Below, piece by piece: positions 10,677 through 22,811 of a DNA stretch of 64,000 nucleotides; position 1 is the stretch's first letter, and each line of letters opens with the position of its first letter. This DNA comes from Candidatus Latescibacterota bacterium. Its GTDB lineage: Bacteria > Latescibacterota > UBA2968 > UBA8231. The stretch covers positions 2,176,001 to 2,240,000 of the forward strand of contig OZ252098.1 in NCBI GenBank assembly GCA_965248355.1, in the 5' to 3' direction. The translations under genes and the position numbers were made by a program. The notes beneath the pieces are model-generated. The model did not search any database. It saw only the letters and a program-made list of their open reading frames with translations, and was not told where the DNA came from.

Positions 10677-12301
10677 GGGGCGGCGACCTCCTGATCGAGT
10701 GCCTGAAGGCCCAGGGCGTGCGCTGCCTCTTCGGCATGCCCGGGACCCAGAACATCCAGATCTACGATTCCCTGCTCCGGTGCGGCGCCGGCGCCATCGA
10801 CCACTACCTGGTCCGCCACGAGTACGGCGCCACGGTGATGGCCGACGGCTACGCCCGGGCCAGCGGCGACGTGGGCGTCGCCCTCACCGTGCCAGGCCCC
10901 GGGGCCAGCAACGCCTCCACCGGGCTGCTGCAGGCCTACACCGACTGCGTGCCCGTGCTCCTGATCACCGGTCAGCATGACTCGCGGCACTACGCGCGGG
11001 ATCCCGCCAAGCTGTTCCACGGGCTCGATCAGATGGCCTTCTTCGAGCCGATCACGCGCTACCGGCAGATCGCGCGCACCGCGGCCGACATCCCCCGCGT
11101 GGTGGAGGAGGCCTTCCGGGTCCTGCGCGCGCCCCGGCCCGGGCCGGCGATGCTCGAGTTCCCGCAGGACGTGATCACCGGACCGGCCGACGGCGCCGCC
11201 GTTCCGCCCCGGGTGGCCTCCCCCTCCGCCGGGACGCCCGACGAGGCGCTGCTGCGCGAGGCGGCCCGCAGGCTGGGCGCCGCTTCGCGGCCCCTGCTGC
11301 TGGCCGGAAGCGCCGTGGTCACGGGGCGGGCCCGGGAGCCGCTGCGGGCCCTGGCCGAGAAGCTCCGGGCGCCGGTGGCGGTGACCCGCCGCGGCAAGGG
11401 CGCCCTGCCCGAGGACCACGAGCTGGCCCTGTGCGACATCCGCGGCTACCTGGCGCGGCAGGCGGTGGAGACCGCCGACTGCACCCTCGCCGTGGGCTGC
11501 CGCTTCACCTCCATCGACACCGACCACTGGGGCTGCGAGTTCCCGCGGCCCCTGATCCAGCTCGATCCCGAGGCGTCCGAGATCGGCCGCGAGTACGACT
11601 GCGACGTGGGCGTCGCCGGCGACCTCGGCCTCGGGCTGCAGGCCCTGTGCGACGAGGTGCCCGAGGGCGGCGGCGAATGGAGGCCGCTGCTGGAAGCCTG
11701 GCGCCGGCGGTTCGCGGCGCAGCCGCCCCTGCCGCTGCTGCCCGAGATCCGCGAGGTCCTGCCCGACGACGGCATCCTCTCCGTCGACGTCCACGGCATC
11801 GGCTACTCGGCCTTCGCCGAGTATCCCGTCCGCGACCCAGAGACCTTCCTCTACCCCTGCATCGGCGTCTCCCTGGGCCACGCCTTCCCCGCCGCCCTCG
11901 GGGCCCGGCTGGCGCGGCCCGACCGGCCCGTGATCTGCTTTGCCGGGGACGGCGGCTTCCTCATGGGCAGCTTCGAGCTGGCCACGGCCGTGCGCTACGG
12001 CATCGACGTGACCGTGGTGGTCGTCAACGACTCGGCGCTGACCGCGATCAAGGGCTCCCAGCAGCGCGACTGCGAGGGCCGCACCATCGACACGGAGCTG
12101 ACCAACCCCGACTTCGTGGCCTTCGCCCGCTCCTTCGGGATCCACGCCGAGAGGGTCCGTGACCTGAGTGACTTCCGGCCCGCCCTGGAACGGGCCCTGG
12201 CCGCGGCCGGACCGTCCCTGGTCGAGGTCGAGATGACCGGCCGCCAGGACGAGATCATGAGCTGGGTCACCTGGTTGCGGAAGAACCCTCTCAGGGAGTG
12301 A
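10673..12301 (+). CDS. Thiamine pyrophosphate-binding enzyme (acetolactate synthase-like)
   Basis: FGMPG, RHE, MADGYAR, PGPGASN and GDGGF...VVND motifs. ATGA overlap with the PhyH gene. Confidence 0.9.
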   Translation: MRGGDLLIECLKAQGVRCLFGMPGTQNIQIYDSLLRCGAGAIDHYLVRHEYGATVMADGYARASGDVGVALTVPGPGASNASTGLLQAYTDCVPVLLITGQHDSRHYARDPAKLFHGLDQMAFFEPITRYRQIARTAADIPRVVEEAFRVLRAPRPGPAMLEFPQDVITGPADGAAVPPRVASPSAGTPDEALLREAARRLGAASRPLLLAGSAVVTGRAREPLRALAEKLRAPVAVTRRGKGALPEDHELALCDIRGYLARQAVETADCTLAVGCRFTSIDTDHWGCEFPRPLIQLDPEASEIGREYDCDVGVAGDLGLGLQALCDEVPEGGGEWRPLLEAWRRRFAAQPPLPLLPEIREVLPDDGILSVDVHGIGYSAFAEYPVRDPETFLYPCIGVSLGHAFPAALGARLARPDRPVICFAGDGGFLMGSFELATAVRYGIDVTVVVVNDSALTAIKGSQQRDCEGRTIDTELTNPDFVAFARSFGIHAERVRDLSDFRPALERALAAAGPSLVEVEMTGRQDEIMSWVTWLRKNPLRE

Positions 12302-12516
12302 GGTCGGCATACCGGACCTGGCCGCCGCCGGGCCGCCCTCCTCCGCCTGCGACCACCCCGCTCCACGGCCGATCCCGGTTCCTGGTCTTGCCCTCCATCA
12401 CCGCCAAGCCCTGAGTAAGGACCGGCGGCCCCAGGCGCTGGCCGGCCCGGGCTCCACGGACCTTCGCCCCTCCCCGATCCTGCCCTCCCCTCCGGTCCGC
12501 TGACCTCCGGTCGGGA

Positions 12517-12555
12517 GTGTCCAGAATCGGAAGGCCGGTGTTCAAAAGCGGACAC
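12517..12555 (+). promoter_or_regulatory. Tandem imperfect palindromes, putative upstream activator sites for a sigma54 enhancer-binding protein
   Basis: GTGTCCAGAATCGGAAGG (12517) and GTGTTCAAAAGCGGACAC (12538), 21 bp apart, upstream of a -24/-12 element. Confidence 0.55.
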
Positions 12556-12609
12556 AAGAGAGGCCGGCGTCCCGACTCGTCCCCCCCCTGTAACGCCCTC
12601 AGCCGGACC

Positions 12610-12624
12610 TGGCACGGAATTTGT
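12610..12624 (+). promoter_or_regulatory. Putative sigma54 (-24/-12) promoter
   Basis: TGGCAC-GGAAT-TTGT (consensus TGGCAC-N5-TTGC) just upstream of AGGAG and ATG 12639. The operon encodes a sigma54 activator. Confidence 0.65.
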
Positions 12625-12638
12625 GTAAGGAGCCTCCC

Positions 12639-13916
12639 ATGGACGAGCAGACCTCCAGCAATCCCATGGACCGGCCGGTGGACCCGTCGTTCCTGCGGCG
12701 CCGGCGCCTCAAGCGCATCGCCGCTTCGGCGGCGGGACTGGCGGCGGTGGTCTGGCTCTTCCTCTGGCTGCCCGGCCTGATCCGGCCGTCGGTGGACCCC
12801 GACCGCATCCGCACGGCGAAGGTGCAGCAGGGCCCGGTGGAGGAGACGATCACCGCCTCGGGCACGATCGTCCCCGAGTTCGAGCAGGTCCTCTTCAGCC
12901 CCATCGACACGCGGCTGCTGCGCATCCTGGAGAAGCCGGGCGCCGTGCTGAGCCAGGGACAGCCCATCGTCGAGCTGGACCTGAACGGGGCGCGGCTCGA
13001 GGTGGAGAAACGGGCCGAGGAGCTGGCCCTGAAGCGGAACCGCCGGACCCAGCTGGAGCTGGACGAACGCCAGAGGCTGAGCGACCTGGATACGCAATGG
13101 CGCCTGAAGAAGCTGGACCTGCAGCGATTCCAGACCCGCTCCGACCAGTACGTGGAGCTGCAGAAGATCGGCGCCGTCTCCCAGGAGGAGTTCAGCCAGG
13201 TGCAGCTGCAGGCGCAGCGCACCGAGATCGAGCTGCAGCAGATCGAGGAGGACCGGCGCAACCGGCTGGAATCCACCCGGGCCCAGCTGGAGGCGCTGGA
13301 GGTGGAGATGAGAACCCTCGAACGGGAGGGCGAGGAGGCCCGCCGGCGCCTGGAGCGGTCCCGCATCCTGGCCGACCAGGAGGGGGTGCTCACGGCGGTC
13401 TCGCCGGTGGTCGGTGCCTCCATCCGCCAGGGCGAGGAGATCGCCCGCATCGCCGACCTCAGCTCCTTCCGCGCCGATGTCACCGTCTCCGACCTCCACG
13501 CCCGCCGCCTCGGCTCCGGGCTGCCCGTGCGCCTGCGCATCGACGAGGAGGCCTTCGTGAACGGCCACGTCGCCCGCATCCTGCCCATGGTGGACAACAA
13601 CATCATCAATCTGGAGGTGGAGCTGGAGGACTCGGCCCACGCCTTGCTGAGACCCAACCAGAGGGTGGACGCCTACATCGTCACGGCCCGCAAGGACCGG
13701 GCCCTGCGCCTCAAGCGCGGGCCCTTCATCAGCGGCGGAGCGGGCCTGCACGAGGTCTTCGTCATCCACGGGGGCACGGCGGTGAAGACCGAGATCCGCG
13801 TCGGCATCGCCAGCTTCGAGCACTACGAGGTGGTGGAGGGCCTGCTCGAGGGCGACGAGGTGATCATCTCCAGCATGAAGGACTACCTGCACCTGGACGA
13901 GGTCCAGATCAAATAG
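12639..13916 (+). CDS. Efflux transporter periplasmic adaptor subunit (HlyD/MacA-like)
   Basis: N-terminal TM, ITASGTIVP, long coiled coil, LRPNQRVD and EGLLEGDEVIIS. Confidence 0.9.
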   Translation: MDEQTSSNPMDRPVDPSFLRRRRLKRIAASAAGLAAVVWLFLWLPGLIRPSVDPDRIRTAKVQQGPVEETITASGTIVPEFEQVLFSPIDTRLLRILEKPGAVLSQGQPIVELDLNGARLEVEKRAEELALKRNRRTQLELDERQRLSDLDTQWRLKKLDLQRFQTRSDQYVELQKIGAVSQEEFSQVQLQAQRTEIELQQIEEDRRNRLESTRAQLEALEVEMRTLEREGEEARRRLERSRILADQEGVLTAVSPVVGASIRQGEEIARIADLSSFRADVTVSDLHARRLGSGLPVRLRIDEEAFVNGHVARILPMVDNNIINLEVELEDSAHALLRPNQRVDAYIVTARKDRALRLKRGPFISGGAGLHEVFVIHGGTAVKTEIRVGIASFEHYEVVEGLLEGDEVIISSMKDYLHLDEVQIK

Positions 13917-13927
13917 AGGAGGCAGCC

Positions 13928-14593
13928 GTGATCCAGCTCGATGGCATCGAGAAGGTCTACCGCACCGACAAGATCGAGACCCTGGCCCTGAGCAACATCA
14001 ATCTCACCGTCGACCCGGGGGAGTTCATCTCGGTCATGGGCCCCTCGGGCTCGGGCAAGAGCACCCTCCTCAACGTCATGGGCCTGCTCGACGAGCCCAC
14101 CTCGGGGGACCTGAGCCTCAACAAGCGCCACATCAACTCCTACGCCGACCGCTACCTGGCGCGCATCCGCAACGAGGAGATCGGCTTCATCTTCCAGACC
14201 TTCCACCTCATCGCCGATCTCAATGTGGTGGACAACGTCGAGATCCCCCTGCTCTACCGGCGCGGCCTGTCGGGCAAGCAGCGGCGGGAGATGGCCCTGG
14301 CCGCCCTGGAGCGGGTCGGCCTGGGCTCGCGGGTGCGCCACTTCCCCTCGCAGCTGTCGGGCGGCCAGCAGCAGCGCGTGGCCGTGGCCCGGGCGATCGT
14401 CGGCAAGCCGCGGATTCTGCTGGCCGACGAGCCCACGGGCAACCTGGACAGCCGCATGGGCGACGAGATCATGGGCATCCTGCACCAGCTCAACGACGAC
14501 GGCGCCACCATCGTCATGGTGACCCACGACCAGCGCCTCGCCGAGCGCACCGAACGAACGGTTCGCCTCTTCGACGGCCGCCAGGTCCAGTGA
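13928..14593 (+). CDS. ABC transporter ATP-binding protein (LolD/MacB-like)
   Basis: GTG start after GAGGAGG. GPSGSGKST, LSGGQQQRVA, LLADEPTGNLD and MVTHD. Confidence 0.95.
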   Translation: MIQLDGIEKVYRTDKIETLALSNINLTVDPGEFISVMGPSGSGKSTLLNVMGLLDEPTSGDLSLNKRHINSYADRYLARIRNEEIGFIFQTFHLIADLNVVDNVEIPLLYRRGLSGKQRREMALAALERVGLGSRVRHFPSQLSGGQQQRVAVARAIVGKPRILLADEPTGNLDSRMGDEIMGILHQLNDDGATIVMVTHDQRLAERTERTVRLFDGRQVQ

Positions 14594-14600
14594 GGACAGC

Positions 14601-15898
14601 ATGCTGAGGAACTACGTCAAGGTCGCCCTCAAGGTGTTCTGGCGGCACAAGTTCCTCACCGCCGTCAACCTCTTCGGCATCTGCTTCACCCTCGTGGTGC
14701 TCATGGTGGCGGCCGCCGTCATCGACCAGCAGGTGGGGCCCATCCCGCCCGAGGTCAACGCCGGCCGCACCCTGCACCTGGGCTGGCTCGTCGTGGAGCG
14801 CGGCACCGGCGACGAGACCTTCCGGTCGATCCACAAGCCGAGCTATGCCTTCCTGGACCGCTACGTGCGCCCCTGGAGACCGCGGAGAACGTGGCCGTGT
14901 TCTCGGACCACAAGTACAGGGGATTGCCTGGCGGCGCCGAGGAGGGTTTCGCCACCGTGGTCGCCACGGATGCCGCCTACTGGGAGGTCTTCGGCTTCGA
15001 CTTCCGCCAGGGCCGGCCCTATTCCGGCCAGGAGGTGGAGGCCGGCGATCTCGTCGCCGTGATCCGCGCCGGCTTCAGCCGCCGCTTCTTCGGCTCCGAG
15101 GCGGTGACGGGCCGCAGCGTGCCCATCGACGGACGGAGCTACCGCGTCCTCGGCGTGGTGGCCGATCCCTCCAGCATGAGGGATATCTACGCCGACCTCT
15201 GGGTGCCGATGAGCACCGATCCCACCGGAGTGTGGCGAACCTACAAGCTCGATGGACGGTTCAACGCCGCGGTGCTGGCCCGGCGGCCGGCGGACGTGGG
15301 GCGCATCCGGGCCGAGCTCGCCGCCGTACTGGCGCAGGTGGAACCTCCGCCCGGCGAAGATCGCGCCCTGCGGGAAGTGGCCGCTCCGCTGCTCAGCACC
15401 TTGGAGGAATGGGCACGAAGCAATCAACAGGGCCGGAGAGGATGGGCGGATGCGTACAAAGAAGGGGATCCACAGCAGGCCGCCGCGGCCCAGCTGCGGT
15501 GGTGGCTGCTGACCTTGGCGGGCTGCGCGCTGCTGTTCATGCTCCTGCCTGCCCTCCACCTGGTCAATCTCAACATGGGCCGCATCGAGGAGCGCACCTC
15601 GGAGATCGGCGTGCGCAAGTCCTTCGGCGCCTCGACCCGCATCCTGGTGGGGCAGTTCGTCGCCGAGAACGTGCTGCTCACCCTGCTGGGCGCGGCGGCC
15701 AGCCTACCCCTCAGCTGGGGGATCCTGTCGCTCCTCGCGCTGCACGCCCCCCTCCACCTCGATGCCGGGGTCCTGGCCCGCACCTTCCTCTACGGGCTGT
15801 TGCTCGCCCTGTTCTTCGGGGCGGCCTCCGGGGCCTGGCCGGCCTGGAAGATGGCGCGCCTCCATCCCGTCCGGGCCCTCACCGGGAGGGAATCATGA
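14601..15898 (+). pseudogene. ABC permease (MacB_PCD/FtsX) with a single frameshift near 14870
   Basis: MLRNYVKVALKV...YAFLDRYVRP continues as LETAENVAVF... in another frame; one missing C in CGCCCCTGG would join them. C-terminus has RTSEIGVRKSFGAS. Paralog of 17712..18959. Confidence 0.8.
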
Positions 15899-17157
15899 TC
15901 GCTCACCTGTGCCGCCTCGCCTGGAACCGTCGGCGGAGCTACCTGCTGCTCGTGGCCGAGCTGCTCGTGTCCTTCCTGGTGCTCACGCCCTTGACCGCCG
16001 GCTGGGTGCTGTTCGCCGCGGAGCGGCTCCGGCCCCTGGGTTTCGAGCACGAGAACGTGTGGTCCGCCATGGTCACGGACCGGGATCTCTTCGGCGAGGG
16101 CCGCGGGGAGTCCGCGGGCGAGTACCGGCGCAACATCGAGCTGGTATGGCGGGAGATCCGGACCCTCGACGGTGTCCAGGCGGTGGCCCTGGCCAGCGAC
16201 GCGCCCCTCCGCTTCTCCCACTCGTGGAACGGGATCAGCTCCGTCCACCTGTCGGACGAGGGTCTGCAAGCCCTGGGACTGCGGCTGCTTTCCGGACGCT
16301 GGTTCGAGCCCGAGGACGAGGCCCTCGACTGGACCCCGGCGGTCATCGACCGGCAGCTGGGCCGCGCTCTCTTCGGCGGCGAGGACCCCCTGGGCCGGGC
16401 AATCGGAGACTCGCCCTTGATCGAAGAGGAGGATGGGTACAATCCCCCCCGCCCCGACCTGGTCCGCGTCGTCGGCGTCGTGGAGAGCTGCTTCTACTAC
16501 GGGAGCTACCAGAACGTGAGCCCTGCCCGGGGGGCGTTTCTCGAGGTGCCCGGCTTCATCTTCCTGCGCCATGGCGGCAAGCTTCTCGACCATCCGACGA
16601 GCAATACGAGCCACTTCCTCGTAAAGGCCGCTCCGGGGGCTGGTCCGACCCTCGGGGAAAAGCTCCGGACCAGAGTCCGGGAGGTCCTCGCCACGGGCCG
16701 GTCCGTGCGCCTGGAGGTGGAGTCCCTGGCCCGGATCCGCGAAGACTCCCGCATGAACCGGCTCACGAATCTGGCATTCATCGCCGTCATCAGCGGCCTG
16801 ATGATGCTCATGGTGGCCCTCGGCCTGACCGGCATCATGTGGCAGAACGTGCGCCGGCGCACCCGCGAGATCGGCATCCGCCGCGCCGTGGGGGCGCCGG
16901 CCGGCCGCATCTACGGCCAGTTCCTGGGCGAGCTGGCGGTGCTGGTGACCGCGGCCATCGTCCTGGGCTGCGTGCCGCTGCTCCAGCTCGGGCTGCTGGA
17001 CATGGTGCTGGGGAGCCGGGTGCCAGGCACCGTGGCGGCCGCCGGCGTGGGAGCCACCGCCCTCGTGCTCTACCTGGGGGTGATGCTGTGCGGACTCTAT
17101 CCGAGCTGGCTGGCGGCGCGCGTGAAGCCCGCCGAGGCCTTGCACCACGACTATTGA
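15895..17157 (+). CDS. ABC permease (MacB_PCD/FtsX)
   Basis: MIAHLCRLAWNRRR, RRTREIGIRRAVGA and PAEALH. ATGA overlap with the upstream gene. Confidence 0.9.
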   Translation: MIAHLCRLAWNRRRSYLLLVAELLVSFLVLTPLTAGWVLFAAERLRPLGFEHENVWSAMVTDRDLFGEGRGESAGEYRRNIELVWREIRTLDGVQAVALASDAPLRFSHSWNGISSVHLSDEGLQALGLRLLSGRWFEPEDEALDWTPAVIDRQLGRALFGGEDPLGRAIGDSPLIEEEDGYNPPRPDLVRVVGVVESCFYYGSYQNVSPARGAFLEVPGFIFLRHGGKLLDHPTSNTSHFLVKAAPGAGPTLGEKLRTRVREVLATGRSVRLEVESLARIREDSRMNRLTNLAFIAVISGLMMLMVALGLTGIMWQNVRRRTREIGIRRAVGAPAGRIYGQFLGELAVLVTAAIVLGCVPLLQLGLLDMVLGSRVPGTVAAAGVGATALVLYLGVMLCGLYPSWLAARVKPAEALHHDY

Positions 17158-17176
17158 GAGAACTGCAAAGGAGAGA

Positions 17177-17674
17177 GTGATGAAACCTGCTCTTTTGGTC
17201 CTCGTGCTTGGTCTTGTGAGTTGGCCGGGGCCCGCCCCCGTGCACGGTGAAGCGCAACTCGAACCACCCGGCGAGAGGCGGCACCTGGGATTCGTGCTGG
17301 CCCAGGGGCCCTCCGGAGAGCCGCGGGCGGCCATGCCGGGGTACTCGCGGGATCAGGGTGCCTTCGACGGGGAGATGTCGGCCGAATTCAAGGGGACCCG
17401 CTGGTGGTGGCTGTCCGGCTTCGTGAGCGGCTTCAGCATCGTCGGCCTGGTCCTGGTGGACGACGCCCTCGTTCCGAGGGACGCTTCCATATCGAGGAAG
17501 GAGTACGAGGCCATCCGCGGAGAGGGAATCGAGTACGTCCAGGCTTACCGGGAAGGCTACAGGAGGCATCTTCGCAAGAGGAGAGCGGCGAGCCACAACC
17601 ATGGATCGTTCTGGGGATTCGTCACGGTGCTCGGAGTGGTCTCCGTGAAGGCCGCGCTCGCGCTGCTCGACTGA
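17177..17674 (+). CDS. Hypothetical exported/membrane protein
   Basis: Signal-like N-terminus, two Gly-rich hydrophobic segments, AGGAG RBS. Fills the gap between permease pairs. Confidence 0.65.
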   Translation: MMKPALLVLVLGLVSWPGPAPVHGEAQLEPPGERRHLGFVLAQGPSGEPRAAMPGYSRDQGAFDGEMSAEFKGTRWWWLSGFVSGFSIVGLVLVDDALVPRDASISRKEYEAIRGEGIEYVQAYREGYRRHLRKRRAASHNHGSFWGFVTVLGVVSVKAALALLD

Positions 17675-17711
17675 CCATGGTCACCGACAACTCCGCAAAC
17701 GGGAGGCACCC

Positions 17712-18959
17712 ATGCTGAAGAACTACATGAAGATCGGCCTCAAGGTGCTGTTGCGGCGCAAGCTCTTCACCTGCATCAGCCTCTTCACCATCAGCTTCAC
17801 CCTCATGGTGCTGATGGTGGCGGCCTCCTTGTTCGACCACGTCTTCGGCTCCTTTCCCCCGGAGACGCGCTCGGACCGCACGCTGCTGCTGAGCTCGATG
17901 AGAGGGGAACACGACGAGTCGACGGGCTACCGCCGGCAGGGGCCGAGCTACGCCTTCTTGGAGCGCTACGTCTCTCCCCTGGCCCATGCGGAGAAGGTCT
18001 CCATCTACGGGGCGACCACCACGGTGACGACCTTCCGCGAGGGCGAGAAGATCGAGTCCCAGCTCAAGTCCACGGACGGGGCGTTCTGGGAGATCCTCGA
18101 GTTCGACTTCCTCGAAGGCCGCCCCTATTCCGAGGAGGAGGTGGAGGAGGGCCGGCGGGTGGCGGTGATCAACGAGGCGACGCGCCGCGTGTTCTTCGGG
18201 GAGGAAGAGGCCGTGGGCCGCTACATCGACCTGGGGGACCGGGCCTTCCGCGTCGTCGGGGTCGTGCCCAACGTGCCGGTCTTCCGCATGGTTCCCTTCG
18301 CCGATGTCTGGGTGCCCCACAGCGCCTTCGGGACCGACGCCTACCGGCGGTACGACTCCCTCTTCGGGCACTTCCAGGCGCTGATCCTGGCGCCCAGCGC
18401 GGCAGAGATACCGCTCATCCACGAGGAGTTCGCCGATGTGCTCACGCGCATCGAGTACCCCAATCCCGACAAGATCAACCGCCTCACCGGCGGCCCGACG
18501 ACGCTGCTGGACATGGTGGCGAACATCGTCTTCACCCTGGGCACGCTGACCGGCCGCGGGCTCATGGTGCTCGTCCTCGTCCTCGCCCTGCTCTTCATGC
18601 TCCTGCCCGTCATCAGCCTGGTCAACATCAACACCACCCGCATCCTCGAGCGCGCCTCCGAGATCGGCGTGCGCAAGGCCTTCGGCGGGTCGTCGCTCAC
18701 CCTGGTGGGCCAGTTCCTGATGGAGAACGTCATCCTCACGCTGCTCGGCGGCGCCCTGGGGCTGGTGCTCACCTACCTGGTCCTGCAGATGCTCGGCGCC
18801 GCCGCCATCGTCCAGTACGCCGAGTTCCGGCTGAACCACCGCATCTTCCTCTACGGCCTGGTGATGACCCTGTTCTTCGGTCTCGTCTCCGGCGTCTGGC
18901 CGGCCTGGAAGATGTCGCGCCTGCACGTCGTGGAGGCCTTCCGGAGGAGGAAGCAATGA
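17712..18959 (+). CDS. ABC permease (MacB_PCD/FtsX)
   Basis: MLKNYMKIGLKVLLRRK, ERASEIGVRKAFG and GVWPAWKMSRL. Confidence 0.9.
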   Translation: MLKNYMKIGLKVLLRRKLFTCISLFTISFTLMVLMVAASLFDHVFGSFPPETRSDRTLLLSSMRGEHDESTGYRRQGPSYAFLERYVSPLAHAEKVSIYGATTTVTTFREGEKIESQLKSTDGAFWEILEFDFLEGRPYSEEEVEEGRRVAVINEATRRVFFGEEEAVGRYIDLGDRAFRVVGVVPNVPVFRMVPFADVWVPHSAFGTDAYRRYDSLFGHFQALILAPSAAEIPLIHEEFADVLTRIEYPNPDKINRLTGGPTTLLDMVANIVFTLGTLTGRGLMVLVLVLALLFMLLPVISLVNINTTRILERASEIGVRKAFGGSSLTLVGQFLMENVILTLLGGALGLVLTYLVLQMLGAAAIVQYAEFRLNHRIFLYGLVMTLFFGLVSGVWPAWKMSRLHVVEAFRRRKQ

Positions 18960-20121
18960 TCCGCCACTTGTGCAAGATCGTCTGGAACCGCAAGAGGTCC
19001 AACGGGCTGACCGCCCTGCAGATCTTCATCTCCTTCCTGCTGCTCTTCGTCACCCTCTCCCTCGCCCTGGACAAGTCCGCCAACTACCGGCGGCCCCTCG
19101 GATACTCCTACGAGGACCGGTGGGTCGTGAACTTCAACCCGGACCGGCTGATGGAACCGGAAAGCGAGGCGGCCCCCGTCGGCCGCGAGCAGGTCTACCG
19201 GGTCCTGAAGGGATTCGACTGGATCGAGTCGGTCTCCTCCTCGGACTACGTGGCCCTGCCCTTCGCCTTCGGTTTCCAGGCCCAGTTCAGCGTCGATGGA
19301 CGTTTCGTCTCCAATGGCGTCGTCTCGGACGATTTCCACCACACCCTCGGGATCGAGCTGGTGAGCGGAAGGTGGTTCGGCGAGGAGGACGCGGCCCTGG
19401 ACTGGGATCCGATCGTGATCACCCGGCCCCTCGCCGAGGCCCTCTTCGGCAACGACGATCCCCTCGGCCGGCGGATCGAGGAGTGGGAGGGGTACCAGGG
19501 ACGGATCGTCGGGGTGGTCTCCGACTACCGCCGCGGCGGCGAGTTCTCCTCTCCCGGGTTCTTCGTCTTCGAGCGCCTGGGCGAGGAGGAACGCAGGCAG
19601 AACTTCCTGGTCAAGGTGCGCCCCGGAACGCCACTGGCCGCCCAGGAGCAGATCGAGCGGCGGCTCCGGGCCATGGCACCGGGCTACGGAGTCGGGATCA
19701 CCACCCTGGCGGAGCACCGCGCCGCCGCCTTCAAGCTGACCCTGGTGCCCCTCTTCGCCCTCGGGGTCGTCTCGGCCCTGGTGCTGGGCATGGTGGCCCT
19801 GTCCCTGAGCGGCGTGCTGTGGCAGCGGGCCACGCTGAGGGTCGAGGAGATCGGCCTGAGGAGGGCCCTGGGCGGGTCGGCGGCCAGTATCTTTGCCCAG
19901 TTGACGGGCGAGATGCTGCTGGTGGCCAGCGCCGGCGTGCTCGCCGCCGTGCTGCTGATCGTGCAGTTGCCGCTGCTGGACCTGCTCGACTACGGCCGCG
20001 GGATCTTCGCCCTCGGCCTGGTCCTCTCGGCCCTGGTGGTCTACGGGCTCGTGGTCGCGTGCAGTCTCTACCCGGGGCGTCTGGCCTGCCGCATCCGGCC
20101 GGCCGAGGCCCTGCACTCCGA

Positions 20122-20125
<4 letters not shown>
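18956..20125 (+). CDS. ABC permease (MacB_PCD/FtsX)
   Basis: MIRHLCKIVWNRKR, EIGLRRALG and PAEALHSE. Confidence 0.9.
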
Positions 20126-21512
<1,387 letters not shown>

Positions 21513-21516
<4 letters not shown>

Positions 21517-22811
21517 GCCTGCGCTTCAAGCTCGTCCTCTACCTGGTCGGCATCCACCTCGTCTTCGCCGGGGTCTCCGGGTACCTGCTGCTGGACGAGA
21601 AGCCCTGGCTGCTGGCCCTCGAGCTGTTCTTCGTCCTCTCCTTCGTGGCCGGCGCCCGCCTGATCCACCATCTGCGCCTGCCCCTCGACCTGATCGGCAC
21701 CGGCGCCGAGCTGATCGGCGAGCGCGACTTCACCAGCAAGTTCATCGAGGTGGGCCAGCCCGAGATGGACCGGCTCGTGGGCGTGTACAACCGCATGATC
21801 GACCAGCTGCGCGAGGAGCGCACGCGGCTGGAGGAACAGCACTACTTCATGGACAAGATCCTGGCGGCCTCGCCGTCGGGGATCGTCACCCTCGACTTCG
21901 ACGGCGGGATCGCCCTGGCCAACCCCGCCGCCGCGCGCCTGCTGGGGCTGGCCGAAGACGAGGCCGCCGGCCGCGGGCTGGACGAGCTGGGGACCGCCTT
22001 CGGCCGCTCCCTGGGGGCGCTGGCCGTGGGCGGGTCCGAGATCCTGCCGGTGCTGGGACGGCGGGTGCGCTGCCGCAAGTCGCAGTTCCTGGACCAGGGA
22101 TTCCCCCGCGCCTTCATCCTCATGGAGGAGTTGACCGAGGAGCTGCGGCTCTCGGAGAAGGCGGCCTACGAGAAGGTCATCCGCCTGCTCTCGCACGAGG
22201 TGAACAACTCCACGGGGGCCGTCAATTCCCTGCTCCACTCCTGTCTCAACTACAAGGACCAGCTGCGCGAGGACGACCGCGGCGACTTCGAGAACGCCCT
22301 GCAGGTGGCCAGCGGCCGCATCGACCATCTCAGCGCCTTCATGCGCAGCTACGCCGAGGTGGTGCGGCTGCCGGCGCCGCGCCCCCACCCGGTGGACCTG
22401 GAGGACCTCCTGCGCGGCATCGCCCTGCTCATGCGCGCCGAGTGCGAGGGGCGCAGGATCGAGTGGGACTGGCAGGTGCAGGAGGACCTGGCCCCCGTCG
22501 CCATGGACGAGGGCCAGATGGAGCAGGTCTTCGTCAACATCCTCAGGAACGCGGTGGAGGCGATCGGCGAGGACGGCCGGATCACCATTCGCCTGGGGGT
22601 CGAGGACCGGCCCTTCGCCGTGGTCGAGGACACGGGGCCGGGGATCGACCCGGAGGTGGCCGAGAGCCTGTTCACCCCCTTCTTCAGCACCAGGGAGAAC
22701 CGCCGCGGCCTCGGCCTGACCCTGGTGCAGGAGATCCTGGGCCGGCACGGCTTCGCCTTCTCCCTGGAGAGTCCGGCCGGCGAGCCGACCCGGTTCTCCA
22801 TCCGCTTCTGA
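21513..22811 (+). CDS. Sensor histidine kinase (2 TM, HAMP/PAS-like, HisKA, HATPase)
   Basis: LSHEVNN H-box, NILRNAVEA, DTGPGI, LFTPFFST and GLGL. Confidence 0.9.

Noticed and set aside
22685..22720. Kinase G2 box reads RRGLGL instead of GxGLGL
   Set aside because: A single substitution with all other boxes intact is too weak to call inactivity.
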